DNA of 64,000 bases from Mytilus californianus (lineage: Eukaryota): positions 91,326,001 through 91,390,000 of the forward strand of contig NW_026262734.1 in NCBI RefSeq assembly GCF_021869535.1. Reading direction: 5' to 3'. The notes beneath the pieces were generated by a model. The model was not told where the DNA came from. It did no database searches and saw only the letters and a list, made by a program, of their open reading frames with translations. A program made the translations under genes and the position numbers. Each line of letters begins with the position of its first letter. Position 1 is the stretch's first letter. This document shows, in pieces, positions 25,581 through 37,360 of the stretch.

Positions 25581-27742
25581 CGACAACTACTGTAATCAGA
25601 TTCCTGACCTAGGACAGGTGCAAACATTTGCAGCGGGATTAAACGTTAAAATGGTACCAAATCTTGTCCCTTTTCTGAAACAATAGTATAACATCACAAC
25701 ATAGAAAAACTCACTATAAAATATCAATTGGAAGGCTTAACTCAATCAAAAAACGTAAATTTACACACAATGAACGAATACATTTGACCTGTGACACTTG
25801 AATGCAAATACACAGTTAATAAAAAGTTACAAGGGATAAATACTTAAAGTCAAAAGTAAATAAACAAGTTTAAACAAAGTTAAAGTATGATATCACTGTG
25901 AATTTATCAAAACAAAGGATGTATATTGCCCCTTTGAAACATGTAACATACATATTTGTCCTAGGTTAAAGTTGTCTTTTTGACATTGAAACATCTTTTT
26001 TATCTATATTGTGTCATAGATCAAACTTATTCGTTCAGTGTATATTTACTTGTTTTTGTGTATTGTCTTTTTGATCGAGTTAAGCAATTTCAATAGATAT
26101 TTTATTGTGTGTCTTTTTATGTTGTAATGCTATACCACTGTTTAAGATTAAGGTGAAGGTAGGCGCCTGTTAAAACGTTTAAACCCGCTACATTTGTATG
26201 CACCTGTCCTAAGTCAGGAGCCTGTTGTTCAATGGTTGTCGTTTGTTGGTGTGGTTCATAAGCATGATAAGTGTTTGTCGTTTCTCGTTAAAGATTAGAC
26301 CGTTGGTTTTCCTGTTTAAATTATTTTACACTTAGTCTAGTCTTTTTGGGGCCCTTTATAGCTTGCTGTTCGGGGTGAGCCAAGGCTCCATGTTGAAGGC
26401 CGTACTCTGACCTATAATTGTTTACTTTTTACACATTGTGTCTTTGATGGGTAGTTGTCTCATTGGCACTCATACCACATCTTCTTATTTATATATGTTA
26501 TCACAGTATTTGGATGTTTTAGTCCACAATAACAAATGTATGTTATTTTTACTCTAATAACCCTATAGAGTTATACACTTGACTGTTTATTGCTGTTCCT
26601 CATTCCAAAGTCACAGAAAGAACCTTGAGGAAAAACCCTCACTTTTTTGCATGTTCAGGAGAGCCCTTAGCTTCAGTTTTATCAAAACTCTTTGCTAAAT
26701 GTAGACTGTGTTATATTACGCTTCATTTGTGTACTGAAGAACATGGCTGGTGGGTAATATCAACAAATTATGAATTATATCTGGCAAAGAAATCTAATAA
26801 ATATTGTCATTTGTGTTATTTGCCCAACAATCTCATTGTAAAACACAGAAACCGTACAAACATTCAGACAACCATTGGACACATCAAGATGTATACTAGA
26901 TAAATAATATAAAGGAACTACATATCAGTTAGTACCACGAGTAATCCTATACATGATGATATGAGTCATAATCATGAAAAAAGCTTCTTTTTTTAGTACC
27001 GGTAAATTTATGTACCTGTCACAAGTCAGGAGCCTGTTATTCGTTGATTGCTCAGTAAAATATTTGTTTTTGTCTATTGATGGTTTTCTCATATGAATTT
27101 TTTTACATTTATCATGTCAAGGCATTTCATTGCTTACTATATTTTATAGGTCATGTGGGCTTTGCTCCTTGTTGAAGGTTGGACTGTGACATATAGTTGC
27201 TTACATCATCATCATTTGGGCTTTGTGAGATAGTTGTTTCGTTTTTTAATCGTACCATGTTCTCATTTTTGAATGGTATAAAAAGCAAATATATACTCTG
27301 ATCTATATATTAAATGAATATTGATCATCTGGAGTTGGAATATGTGCAGTGTTAATGATGAACTTTTGAATCCATAAGCCTGAAGCTCAATTTTACAATT
27401 ATTTCAGTATGATTTTATTGGCCTGTAGACCAGATTTTTACAGGCCTGACATTTTAACAAGCCTGGGCTGGTGGACCTGTGGTTCAGCGTGAAGACTGTG
27501 CCATCGGGTGCCACATGTGGAGCAGGATCTGCTTACTTTTCGGGAACACCTGGGATCATCCCTAGTTTTTCGGTGGGGTTAGTGTTGCTCAGTCTTTATA
27601 ATTTTCTATGTTGTGTTTTGTGCACTGTGGTTTGCAGTTTATTTTAGACTTATGAGTGTTTAAATGTCCCTTTGGTATCCTTCGCCTCGTTGTACATGTT
27701 GTATGCGGCAAATGAATTGTCTTTTTTTATACTTTTTTTAAG

Positions 27743-27930
27743 GCGAGATCCGAATAGTCTTGTTAAACCTGACAAATCTTCAGAAGGAACAACAGAAAAA
27801 GATTTAAAGGATGTTGAAAATGAGATTAAGAAGAGAACTCCAACAGCTTCAAGACATTTGTTATTTATACGACATGGACAGTACAACACAGATGGCAAAA
27901 CTGACTTTGATAGATATCTCACTGAACTAG
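27743..27930 (+). pseudogene. PGAM5: PGAM5 exon (RDPNSLVK...FIRHGQY...YLTELG), open
   Basis: Acceptor ttttttaag| at 27742 and donor G|GTATGA at 27931. The phosphohistidine RHG motif is present. Confidence 0.93.
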
Positions 27931-29997
27931 GTATGAACAATAACAGTTTAAGTGTTAACATTCCTTAAGGGGCTGGCTGAAGCCTACAGGTGCGGGATTT
28001 TTCACGCTGTGTTGAAGACCCATTGGTGGCCTTGAGCTGTTTTCTGCTCTTTGGTTGGGTTGTTGGTCTCTTTGAGGCATTCCTCGTTTCTAACTCTCAA
28101 TTTTAATTTTACTTCAGATATGTTGATTTTATTTTAAAACTTATAATAAAATCTGACTACTGTAAATTCAGAAATTATTGCGAGGTTTTTATAAATACGA
28201 ATAATGTAACTGGGTGAGTGTCGCAATGATAAGAACTCGCATTCTGATATCTGATACTTTTATCTGTATGCAGATTTTCCTGAAATCATACGTCATTGAT
28301 TAATTTCACGTTTTTTGTCCATTCTTAAAAAAATCGCATAGTAAATGCATGTGATAATATCAGAATTTACAGTATTTCCATGCAACTTTTTTTTTCTAAA
28401 GATTGATCGACAACTGTTTTATTCCTTGCCAGCACACACGTAAAAATATGATAATTTTGTGTTACATAGAAAAATTATGAATTTGTCTTTAGTGAGCCTG
28501 ATAAAAGAGAGGAGATTTATATCAAAGGGATATTAAAACTCATAAGTTGAAGTCAAAATGACAATGCCATGGCAAAAAAAAAAAAACAACAGTTCACAAA
28601 AACAACATAAAAAACTAAAGACTGAGCAACACAAACCCCAACACAACTGGGGGTGATCACAGGTGCTCCTGAAGGGTTAAGTATACAATAGAAAACATTT
28701 AAGCATCTGTAATAGATACAAACATTTACTAATTTATATGACCTTACAATCATCATGTAAGAAAAAAAAGGTAGTCCCTTTGACAGGTCAAAACTTTAAA
28801 GAAATCAGACGTAATTACTTTGCTGTTAAATCATGGTAACACAAACATGTAGCCTTTTCAATAGTCGTCTGGCGCGAAAAGGACGATAACTCAATTTTAG
28901 AATTTAATATTATTCTCGGAGACGGTCAATTTCCGGAATTGCATGCTTTATCATCATGGTTCTTTCTTTGGCCGTCGATGACGACACTTTTGCTGCATTC
29001 TTTGACAATAAGATATATTTTACAAGACAGTATTATCAATGTATGTTAGCAATGTTAGATACCTGAATTAATTGTTATTTTGGCAAGGACAATTCATCAC
29101 TTCCCCTGAAAACATGATTTTGTACAAGTTCACTAATCGGCATCTCCGGGCGGCAAAGCAGATCAATTTCCTGATGATTTGTACTACGACATTCTGATTT
29201 TTATTAATTGCTACATATTACCGCTTTTTTTAAATCAATTTTTGTTTATATTATCAACAAATTAGAGTAACATACTAGGTCGAGTTGTCGTTCGTAGTGT
29301 ATAGTTTGTTCCAAACCAGTGTTTATTTCTTGTACAGGTTGGCAGTTGCTTATTAACAATAAAGTTGTTGCAACTAAAACACATGTTATCTTCGGTGTGT
29401 GTGTGTTTTTTTTTTCTAATTAGTAATTGTTTCTATTAAAATACATTTGGCAGATATGATTATCATGTAATTGTTATTTCCCTTGTTTAAAAATTGAAAT
29501 TGCGTGTTTCTATATTTAACGATTTACATGACACTTATTCTGTACATATTTGTTAAATTGAATAGATATTGCTATTTTGAATTCATTTGTTAAAGATATT
29601 TATTTATATTATAAAGTGTAGTATTTGCATCCTTGCAAATCATTTATAAGCTTTGTTGAAAGACTTAATCATTTTATATAACTTGTTTGGAATTACAATA
29701 TCGATTTAAATTCTTTATCAACACTCTAAGGCGCAATGTAGAGCTGACTTAGCGAAGGCTTTATAGCCTGTCAAGATGGTTTTAAACTTCCATCATCATC
29801 GATGAATTGGCTGTGGACTGATGTTCAGTCCAGCCATGGGAAGCTGTGTTCTACCAAAATCTCCCTATGAGGTTAGTGCATCTGCCATATGCGTTCTTAG
29901 AACGGACAATTATTGCAGGCATTCAATGCTTCATTTCTCTACTTTTGGTCTACATGATACAAATTGTATTTATTGAATAAATTATATATTGTTTTCA

Positions 29998-30460
29998 TTT
30001 TTTTTTTTTTTTTTTTAGTTTTTTTTTTCTCTTTTATTTAGATAGCGCTATTACATTAGGCATCAATCGTCTTCTTATTTATCAGTTGACAAACTAGAAC
30101 AAGCTGTTGTCCGCATCCCCTGCAAAATTGATCCTTCTACAAACATGACCCTAAACCCCTTTCCTTTTATGGCTATCAGTAAGGGGGTGGACAGGGAGCA
30201 TTGATTCCCAGTTCCCTCCCCAAACTCCTACTTCATTCCGTATTCTGTTCCTCTGCACTCCTATTTTTTCGTCAACATGTATTAACCCTGTTTTAACGAC
30301 CCTTTCCTCACGGTTAACACCACCCTGACTCCAGCTTTCATCTATCCAATTCCCATTTCTAGCCCTCTTATTCCATAGTTTCCATAATTCTGTCCACCCC
30401 CTTATAGTATCACAATGACTCGCACCCATTAACAACCCATTATTTGGCCACAAAATATGT
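29998..30460 (-). other. Unidentified strand-skewed insert ending in an A-rich tail (minus strand)
   Basis: Poly-T tract at ~29998-30030. The plus strand is C-rich and G-poor. A 15-bp inverted repeat lies at 30180-30194/30390-30404. Confidence 0.4.
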
Positions 30461-31433
30461 TATACTACTTGGTTTGTTTCCAATATGCAAATATTACGAG
30501 TCAGGATGTTTGCTTTAATAATGGTCATTTTTTTAACACATCTCGTTTTTAACTCCCATGCATATTTTTTACTGTCAACTATATAAATGGCCTCAACGCA
30601 TAAAAGAACAATACAAAATATCTCTTCACAAATGTGTTGTCAAAATAATAAAAATGTACTCTTTCAATAAATATTCTTGCAATAAATTCATAGTGACTTT
30701 TAAAATTTTCTATAGAATAAATTGAAAAAGAATTAGACTTTCATACACTCAATTTAATTTTGAATGTTTCAATGTCTTAAATTGTCATTGTTGAAGGCCG
30801 TACGGTGACCTACAATTGTTAATTTCTGTGTCATTTGGTCTCTTGTGGAGAGTTGTCTCATTGGCAATCATACCACATCTTCTTTTTTATATTTACCTAT
30901 TTATTTGATTGCGCCCTTATTACCCTATAATGAATCTTTTTTTTTAATCCACAAAGATTACATAGCAAATAAATAGAGGTTTTTATCAAGTTTACTTTGC
31001 GGTTCCAAAGTGAGGAAATAATTATAAAACATGGGTAAGTAAACTAAATACCTAGAAGATGTTTTAAAAAATAGACTATAGTTGATGAGATAACTCCTCG
31101 TGTAACAAGATTTATCGCTCCTGTGATTAAAACGCATTGAGATTGAGATTGAATTGTCTCCCTTTGATAACAGCCAATACCAAAGCACAATTATTTATTT
31201 TTTGTGATTTTTTATTGATTAACAATAGTTAAATAAAAGAAAAAGGATAAAACTTTGTATTTCGAGGTCTCACAAAAGCTTTTTTACCTGTTATTCTAAT
31301 TTTACATTAAAAACCCAAATTTAGATGAAAAGGCTAAAACATGTAATAAGAATGATAAGTATGAATAGAAAAGTTGATAAAATATAGATCTATGAAAACA
31401 GATTCATTTTGTATGAACCTATTATCATTTAAG

Positions 31434-31648
31434 GGAAAAAGCAAGCTGATTTGACAGGTCAAGGTTAAAAGAAATGGGACATGATTACTCTGTATTTGGT
31501 TAGCTCGACAATGACAAGAGCCGAACAAACTGCAGACATTGTTGCTAAAAGTATACCAGATGTACCTCGAGAGGAGACAGACATGCTAAGAGAAGGAGCA
31601 CCAATCCCTCCTGAACCACCAATTGGAAACTGTTAACCAATTAATTTA
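31434..31648 (+). pseudogene. PGAM5: PGAM5 exon with a -1 frameshift (~31461), a +1 frameshift (~31496) and a nonsense TAA (31634-31636)
   Basis: GKKQADLTGQ / RLKEMGHDYSV / VSSTMTRAEQTADIVAKSIPDVPREETDMLREGAPIPPEPPIGNC*P. The in-phase donor GTAAGC is at 31649. Confidence 0.9.
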
Positions 31649-32020
31649 GTAAGCGGTTTATCTATATAAAAATAAAGTGATGTGATATGATTGCCAATGG
31701 AACAACTATATCCACCAAATTTCAAATAAAGTAGATGTAAGCAATAAAAGGCAACTGTATGGCCTTCAACAATGAGAAAAACCAATACTGTATCATGTGT
31801 ATAGACGGCGATAAAAGGCCCCAACATGAAAAATATGAAACAGTTAAATTGAGAAAAATAACGTTCTTATTTGTAACAAAACAATTTAAGAAAAACAAAT
31901 ATGACAGATATGAACCAATGACAACCACTGACCTACAGGCTCCTGACTTGGGATAGGCATAAACAGATTGTGGCGATATTAAATGTGTTTAAAGGTGCCA
32001 ACCCTCCCCTAACCTACACA

Positions 32021-32188
32021 ATGAATAACCAAATATTTGTCCACATGAATAACCAAATATTTGTCTATATGAATTACCTAATATTTTTCTACAAGAATAA
32101 CCAAATATTTGTCTACAGGAATAATAAAATATTTTTCTACAGAAATAACCAAATATTTGTCTACATGAATAACCAAATATTTGTCTTA
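32021..32188. repeat. 24-bp intronic minisatellite (atgaataaccaaatatttgtctac), about 7 copies
   Basis: Direct inspection. It produces the spurious MNNQIFVY-repeat ORF. Confidence 0.92.
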
Positions 32189-32928
32189 GTGAAACAACAA
32201 GAATACATGAGAAGGTACAATGAATATCTACATGAATGAGTACATGTATAACCTCATAAATAACCACATACAGTGTATAAGTGCACACAATTCTTGCTGT
32301 AAAACAACTTGCATTTTTGAGAACAAATTATTTTTTGCTACTTTTGGGGGTAGAAAAATAATGCAAATATGAATAGTTGGGAATAACTTGAATCATAATT
32401 TAGAGGAATACACCAACAAAGTTAGGAAATCATCAATAAAAATTACCTGTCAGGTAGCATGGTAGTCTTTCCTGGGTCTTAGAAATAATAATAGCCTTTT
32501 TAGAATTTTCACCACTTTCTAACATTGACACAGATTTCACATACAAAGTACTAATGCTTTTAGGCCTTTAATCATGCATTGAATACAAAATTCAAAAAAT
32601 TCAAAAAAAATTCATGTTCACCTGTATGTTAATTTATTTCATATTTTTATATATACCTGATTCATTCCTGAGCTAGGGAAAATATGTTCAGTAGATGCTG
32701 TATTTTATGTCCAAATACAGTGTTCAGTGTACGCGAAGGGTTCACAAAAGAGCAACCCAGTTCCTGGAAAGTAAACACTATCTTTCCACCTTAAATCTAT
32801 TGACACAGGCTAAACATAAAAACAAATTGTTTACAATATTCGTACTTACCAAGCCACAGAAATATTAACATGAATATCTCAATTAGTGACTATATGGACA
32901 TTTACATGATTATCATATTATATTTCAG

Positions 32929-33063
32929 CAGTTTTATCAGGATGGAGCTAGAATTGAAGCAGCATTTAGACGATATGTACTTAGAGCAGATCCAGAACAA
33001 AAAAACAGACAGCTTTGAAGTCGCTGTATGTCATGCCAGTGCTATACGATATTTTGTTTGTAG
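32929..33063 (+). pseudogene. PGAM5: PGAM5 exon with a +1 frameshift in the A7 run (32999-33005)
   Basis: QFYQDGARIEAAFRRYVLRADPEQK / TDSFEVAVCHASAIRYFVC. Acceptor tatttcag| and donor AG|GTAAGT. Confidence 0.9.
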
Positions 33064-34822
33064 GTAAGTGCCATTTGAATAAATCAATTTCACAATGGCC
33101 CTCACTAATTATCATGAAGGCTGAGAAATTCTTTAATACATTATAAAAATAATGTTAATTCAATTATTTCTGAGTGGGTTCTGTGGCCAAGTAGTCTAAG
33201 TAGTCAAACTACTGTACCACTACTACTGTATCACTACCTGTCAACACTGAGGTTGTGAGTTTGAATTTTGCATTTGGAAGGTGCGTTCCACTCCAATTTT
33301 AATTGACTAGGAGTGTCAGTTTCCCTACCAAAGGTGGTGGTTCTATCCTGGCACTCCAGTTTCCTCTACCAATAAAAACTGACTACCACGAAATAGTACA
33401 TTAGTGCTGAAAGTGGCCTTTAAGAAAAACCAATCAAATCAAATCAGAATCAATTAAGTCTGTGATGTTTTCATTTTAGTTAAAAAACAACAACGTTCCA
33501 ATAATTTTACAATTGTGTATAAAGCATTCATGAAATGACATTAATTTTCTCTTGTATGTTTGTTTATTCAACAATAATACAATAATTTCTAAATTTAGAG
33601 AAATTGATATGCCAAAATATTTCTAAGCATGCATTGGTAAAGGGGTTCCTATGATTAAAGTTGTAAGGCCCTATTGAATTTAGTTGGCAGTGCCCTATAG
33701 TACTCACTCTGTTTGTCTGTCCGTTTGTCAACGCTTTTATGCTATATGATATTTTTTTAGGATGCCTCAACTGATTTCAATAATTTTTTTTGCATGTTGT
33801 TTATATCTGAAAGGTTTTTTGCTAATTTTTGTGAAAATTTGGCAAAACTGCAGTATAACTTTTTTTGTGTTCCAAAATAAAAAAAAAAATGAAACATCTT
33901 TTTTGTGCTGGGATAACAAAGAGTTTTGAACTAGAAATTCAAAGAAAATTTAGATATAGGTATAAACTGCTATTCCAAATTAGTATTGAACATGAGAAGC
34001 AAACATTGATAAGCATGATAAGGGCATTGAGGAATATAGAAATTAAATAAGTAAATCCTAGAACAGTATGACACAGCGGAGAAGGATTTATATCATGAGA
34101 ATTGAAAAGGAGCAAAAACCTTGCATTAAATGTACTATTGGAACACGAGAATAGAAAATGGAACAAAAAATTGAATTAAATGTACTAATCAACTGTTAAT
34201 GGAACATGAGTTTAGATAAGAAAGACACTTGATTGTAATTTAGTGTAGTATTTGCATATATGAGAAGAATGAAGGAAGCATTTATAATTATTTTGGTTAT
34301 AAGATTAGCTCAGAAAGTGGACATTCTTATCTACTGGTACACTGTCATGGTCAAATATTCACTGATCTAGGATATTCTGACTTACTTTTGTCATGAACTG
34401 CTTGTTTGTAAGTTGGATTGGTATTTTGAAATAGGAAGGAATATTTTCAAATTTTCAGAACGAAGTGTTAGACATGTGGAAAAAACCTGTTTTCATTGTG
34501 TATATGAATCTGTGATAGTTTTTTTTTATTATTGTCTTTTCTTTTAAATCGGTGTGACTCAAGTGCTGTTACACTTGTACAGTATTCACTTGAATATACT
34601 ATGGTGCATAATAACAGAGCCTTACATATCCCTCGAGTTCTTGCAGTCATAAAACAAATGAGAAGGAATTATTGTACACAGACCAATAAAAGTACTTGAT
34701 TTGGTGTTTTGAGCTCAAATTTTGTTCTGCGACTACTGAGTAAAATTTTATTACGGATAGCCAAGAAACATGGATTGAGCCTCAATCATGGCAGTTAACT
34801 TTCTATATGTTTGTTATTACAG

Positions 34823-34970
34823 AGCCTTACAACTCCCTCCAGAAGCTTTGTTACGATTGAGCCTCAATCATGGAAGTATAACTTGGATTAATGTTAGACC
34901 AACTGGCCGTGTTGGACTTCGAACCTTAGGAGAAAGTGGATTTATGCCTGATGTTACATCCGTTTTATGA
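34823..34970 (+). pseudogene. PGAM5: PGAM5 last coding exon
   Basis: Acceptor ttattacag|, then [49 protein letters not shown]. Confidence 0.92.
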
Positions 34971-37199
34971 TGATTACAAAAGACAGAAAATTCAGTTTAT
35001 CGAGAATACATCAGTGTATAGTACTTTGTGAAAAAATAAGCTCAATTTGTCTGATAAAAATACTCCATATTTATTACTATATATTGTGAAATAATCTTTT
35101 GTAGTAAAACCAATTAAAACAACTAAGGTAGATACTCCAATCAACCAATCCTTCATCTGTGTTTATCTTGTTTATAGCCAATTGAATTTAGAGTAGTTCA
35201 TTTCGACAAGCAGGCCAAGGGGTAAAGATGAGAATGAAAATTGGGAATGTGTCAAAGAGACAAAAACCCGGCCAAAGAGCAGAAAACAGCCCAAGGCCAC
35301 CAATGGGTCTTCAACACAGAGAAAATCCCGCACCCAGAAGCGGGAAAATTTAATGAGATAGAATTGCTACTGTCATTTTCTGTAAATTTGCTGTTCATGA
35401 ATTTTTTATTTCTTTGAAACAGTACAGCTTTTATACCCTCTGATATAGGTTGCTTTTGTCTGATCTATACAACTCTTTGGATTTTATGGTTTTTCAGTGC
35501 TCTTCAAGTTTCTTACTGAATCCCACTATTTAGATTTGAGTGCAACTGATGAGTTTATGTGGACATATAACATCACGGTACCCAAATAGCACTGAGTACC
35601 CAAATTGCACCTATTCAACAAAAATAGCTGCGGAAATATTACAGGTTTTCTTTGAGACTAAACAATTTATATTCTTATGATTTGACATTATACACGTCTT
35701 TCAATATAGGTAAATATATCTAAATATACACAAAACGTTCACAGTATATATCAACAGATGAAGCATTCACTGGAAAAAGTAAAGTCTTCTGAAACATCGA
35801 CATACAACATTCACAAAAAGTCATCTTTTAAAAATGATCAAATAAAATATGTTACATGCATCCATTTCTTAAAAAACGAATAGTAAGCATGGACTAATTT
35901 CAAGTTGTTCTAAATATTTGAAGAAATAAAACGAAACATCTTTTGTTTGATTTTTAAGGATGTGAATTTAAGCATGGATGCAATCTGGATACTCCTCATT
36001 ACAGAATCATGGATCGTTTGGAGGTCAATTCAAACCCATTTTTCTATGATTCAATATTGATTCAAAATTAGATTGGTGTAACTATGTAGTAAAGAAGGAT
36101 ACTTCTACAAAATAAACACAGAATGGGAACTCTTGTCTGGATCATAAAAAACGTAGGTGAAAAAAACTGTAAAAATATGTGCAAATTGGGTACCCTCACG
36201 TTATATGAATAGTAATACAATATTTTGATCATCAATTTTCTAAATATGATTGGTATGGGTTTTGCTCATTGTTGAAGGGCGTATGGTGACCTATAGCTGT
36301 TAATGTCTGTGTCATTTGGTCTCTTGTGGAGAGTTGTCTCATTGGCAATCATACCACATCTTCTTTTTTATATTTGACAGGCTTCAAATAATGCGGCAAA
36401 AGTCAATGTGTGCTGATGCAGTATTTAACTGAAATAAATAATGTATATGCATTCATCTTATTCCATAGGGATCAAATTATAAATCTTATTACATACTGAT
36501 GGATGAAGTACACCTTTTTATATATTTAGGCTACTATTTCAAGAATGGTGGCCCATTGATAATTTTTCACACCAGACATAAATTTGGAATAGCATGTTAA
36601 ACCTATATATCAATTTTCATTGAAATCTGGCACAATTTTTTTTCTCAAAATTTGAAATTTTTAATGAAATTTATTTTTAACCTCAAAATTAATTATGAAT
36701 ACATGTAGTGACACGACATATTATACCTACGAAACCATTTTTCCTTTGTACTGAAGCACAAGAGGACTTTGCTTTCACCTCAACTTTGACAACTGGAACG
36801 AATTTTGAATAGGATATAATACCTTAAAATCAGTTTTTCTTTAAACTACTAGCATACCAGCAATGAAAGTGGTTTCACAAAAAAAAAAGAAATTTGTAAC
36901 AAGAACTTAGTTTTAACATTTACCTCAATTTTCATTCCATTTTCATAAAAATTGATTTTTGACAGCACAAAAAATGTTGAATACAAATGTATTAGCGTTT
37001 TAAACCTGTAGTTAAATTTTCCTGGAAATTGTAGGTGAGACGATCTATATTTAGCATACATCATAAAAAGTGTTGTTGAATGGATAAACAGTCAGAGTTA
37101 TTAAAGTGGGACACTAGGAGCCTTGTAATTTTGGATCCTATATACCTTTAAACCAAAGCATATAATAAACAGTTTGACGTAACTTAAGTAGTGATTTAA

Positions 37200-37360
37200 A
37201 AATAATTCTATTATGCCATGCTCTATGCTCATTTCAGCATAGGTAGGCATTATATTTGTCAACATCTTTATAATGAGCATCAGCTAGGTGTAAAATGTTG
37301 ACAAATATAATGCCTATCTATGTCAAAATGAGCATAGAGCATGGCATGATAGAATTATTT
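37200..37360. mobile_element. Foldback MITE with ~70-bp arms
   Basis: aaataattctat.atgccatgctctatgctcattt..cataggtaggcattatatttgtcaacat (37200-37270) is the near-perfect reverse complement of 37291-37360. Confidence 0.85.

Larger units (their letters stand above)
27743..34970 (+). pseudogene. PGAM5: PGAM5 mitochondrial Ser/Thr phosphatase: four coding exons, multiply disrupted, first coding exon not found
   Basis: The exons translate to RHLLFIRHGQY, MTRAEQTADIV, REGAPIPPEPP, QDGARIEAAFRRY, CHASAIRYFVCR and [34 protein letters not shown]. All AG/GT junctions are phase-compatible (1, 0, 2). Confidence 0.9.

Noticed and set aside
26625-26903. Candidate PGAM5 first coding exon
   Set aside because: No WDxNWD motif and no suitable phase-2 donor in any frame examined.
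31970-32288. ORFs with an 8-aa repeat on both strands
   Set aside because: By-product of a 24-bp intronic minisatellite.
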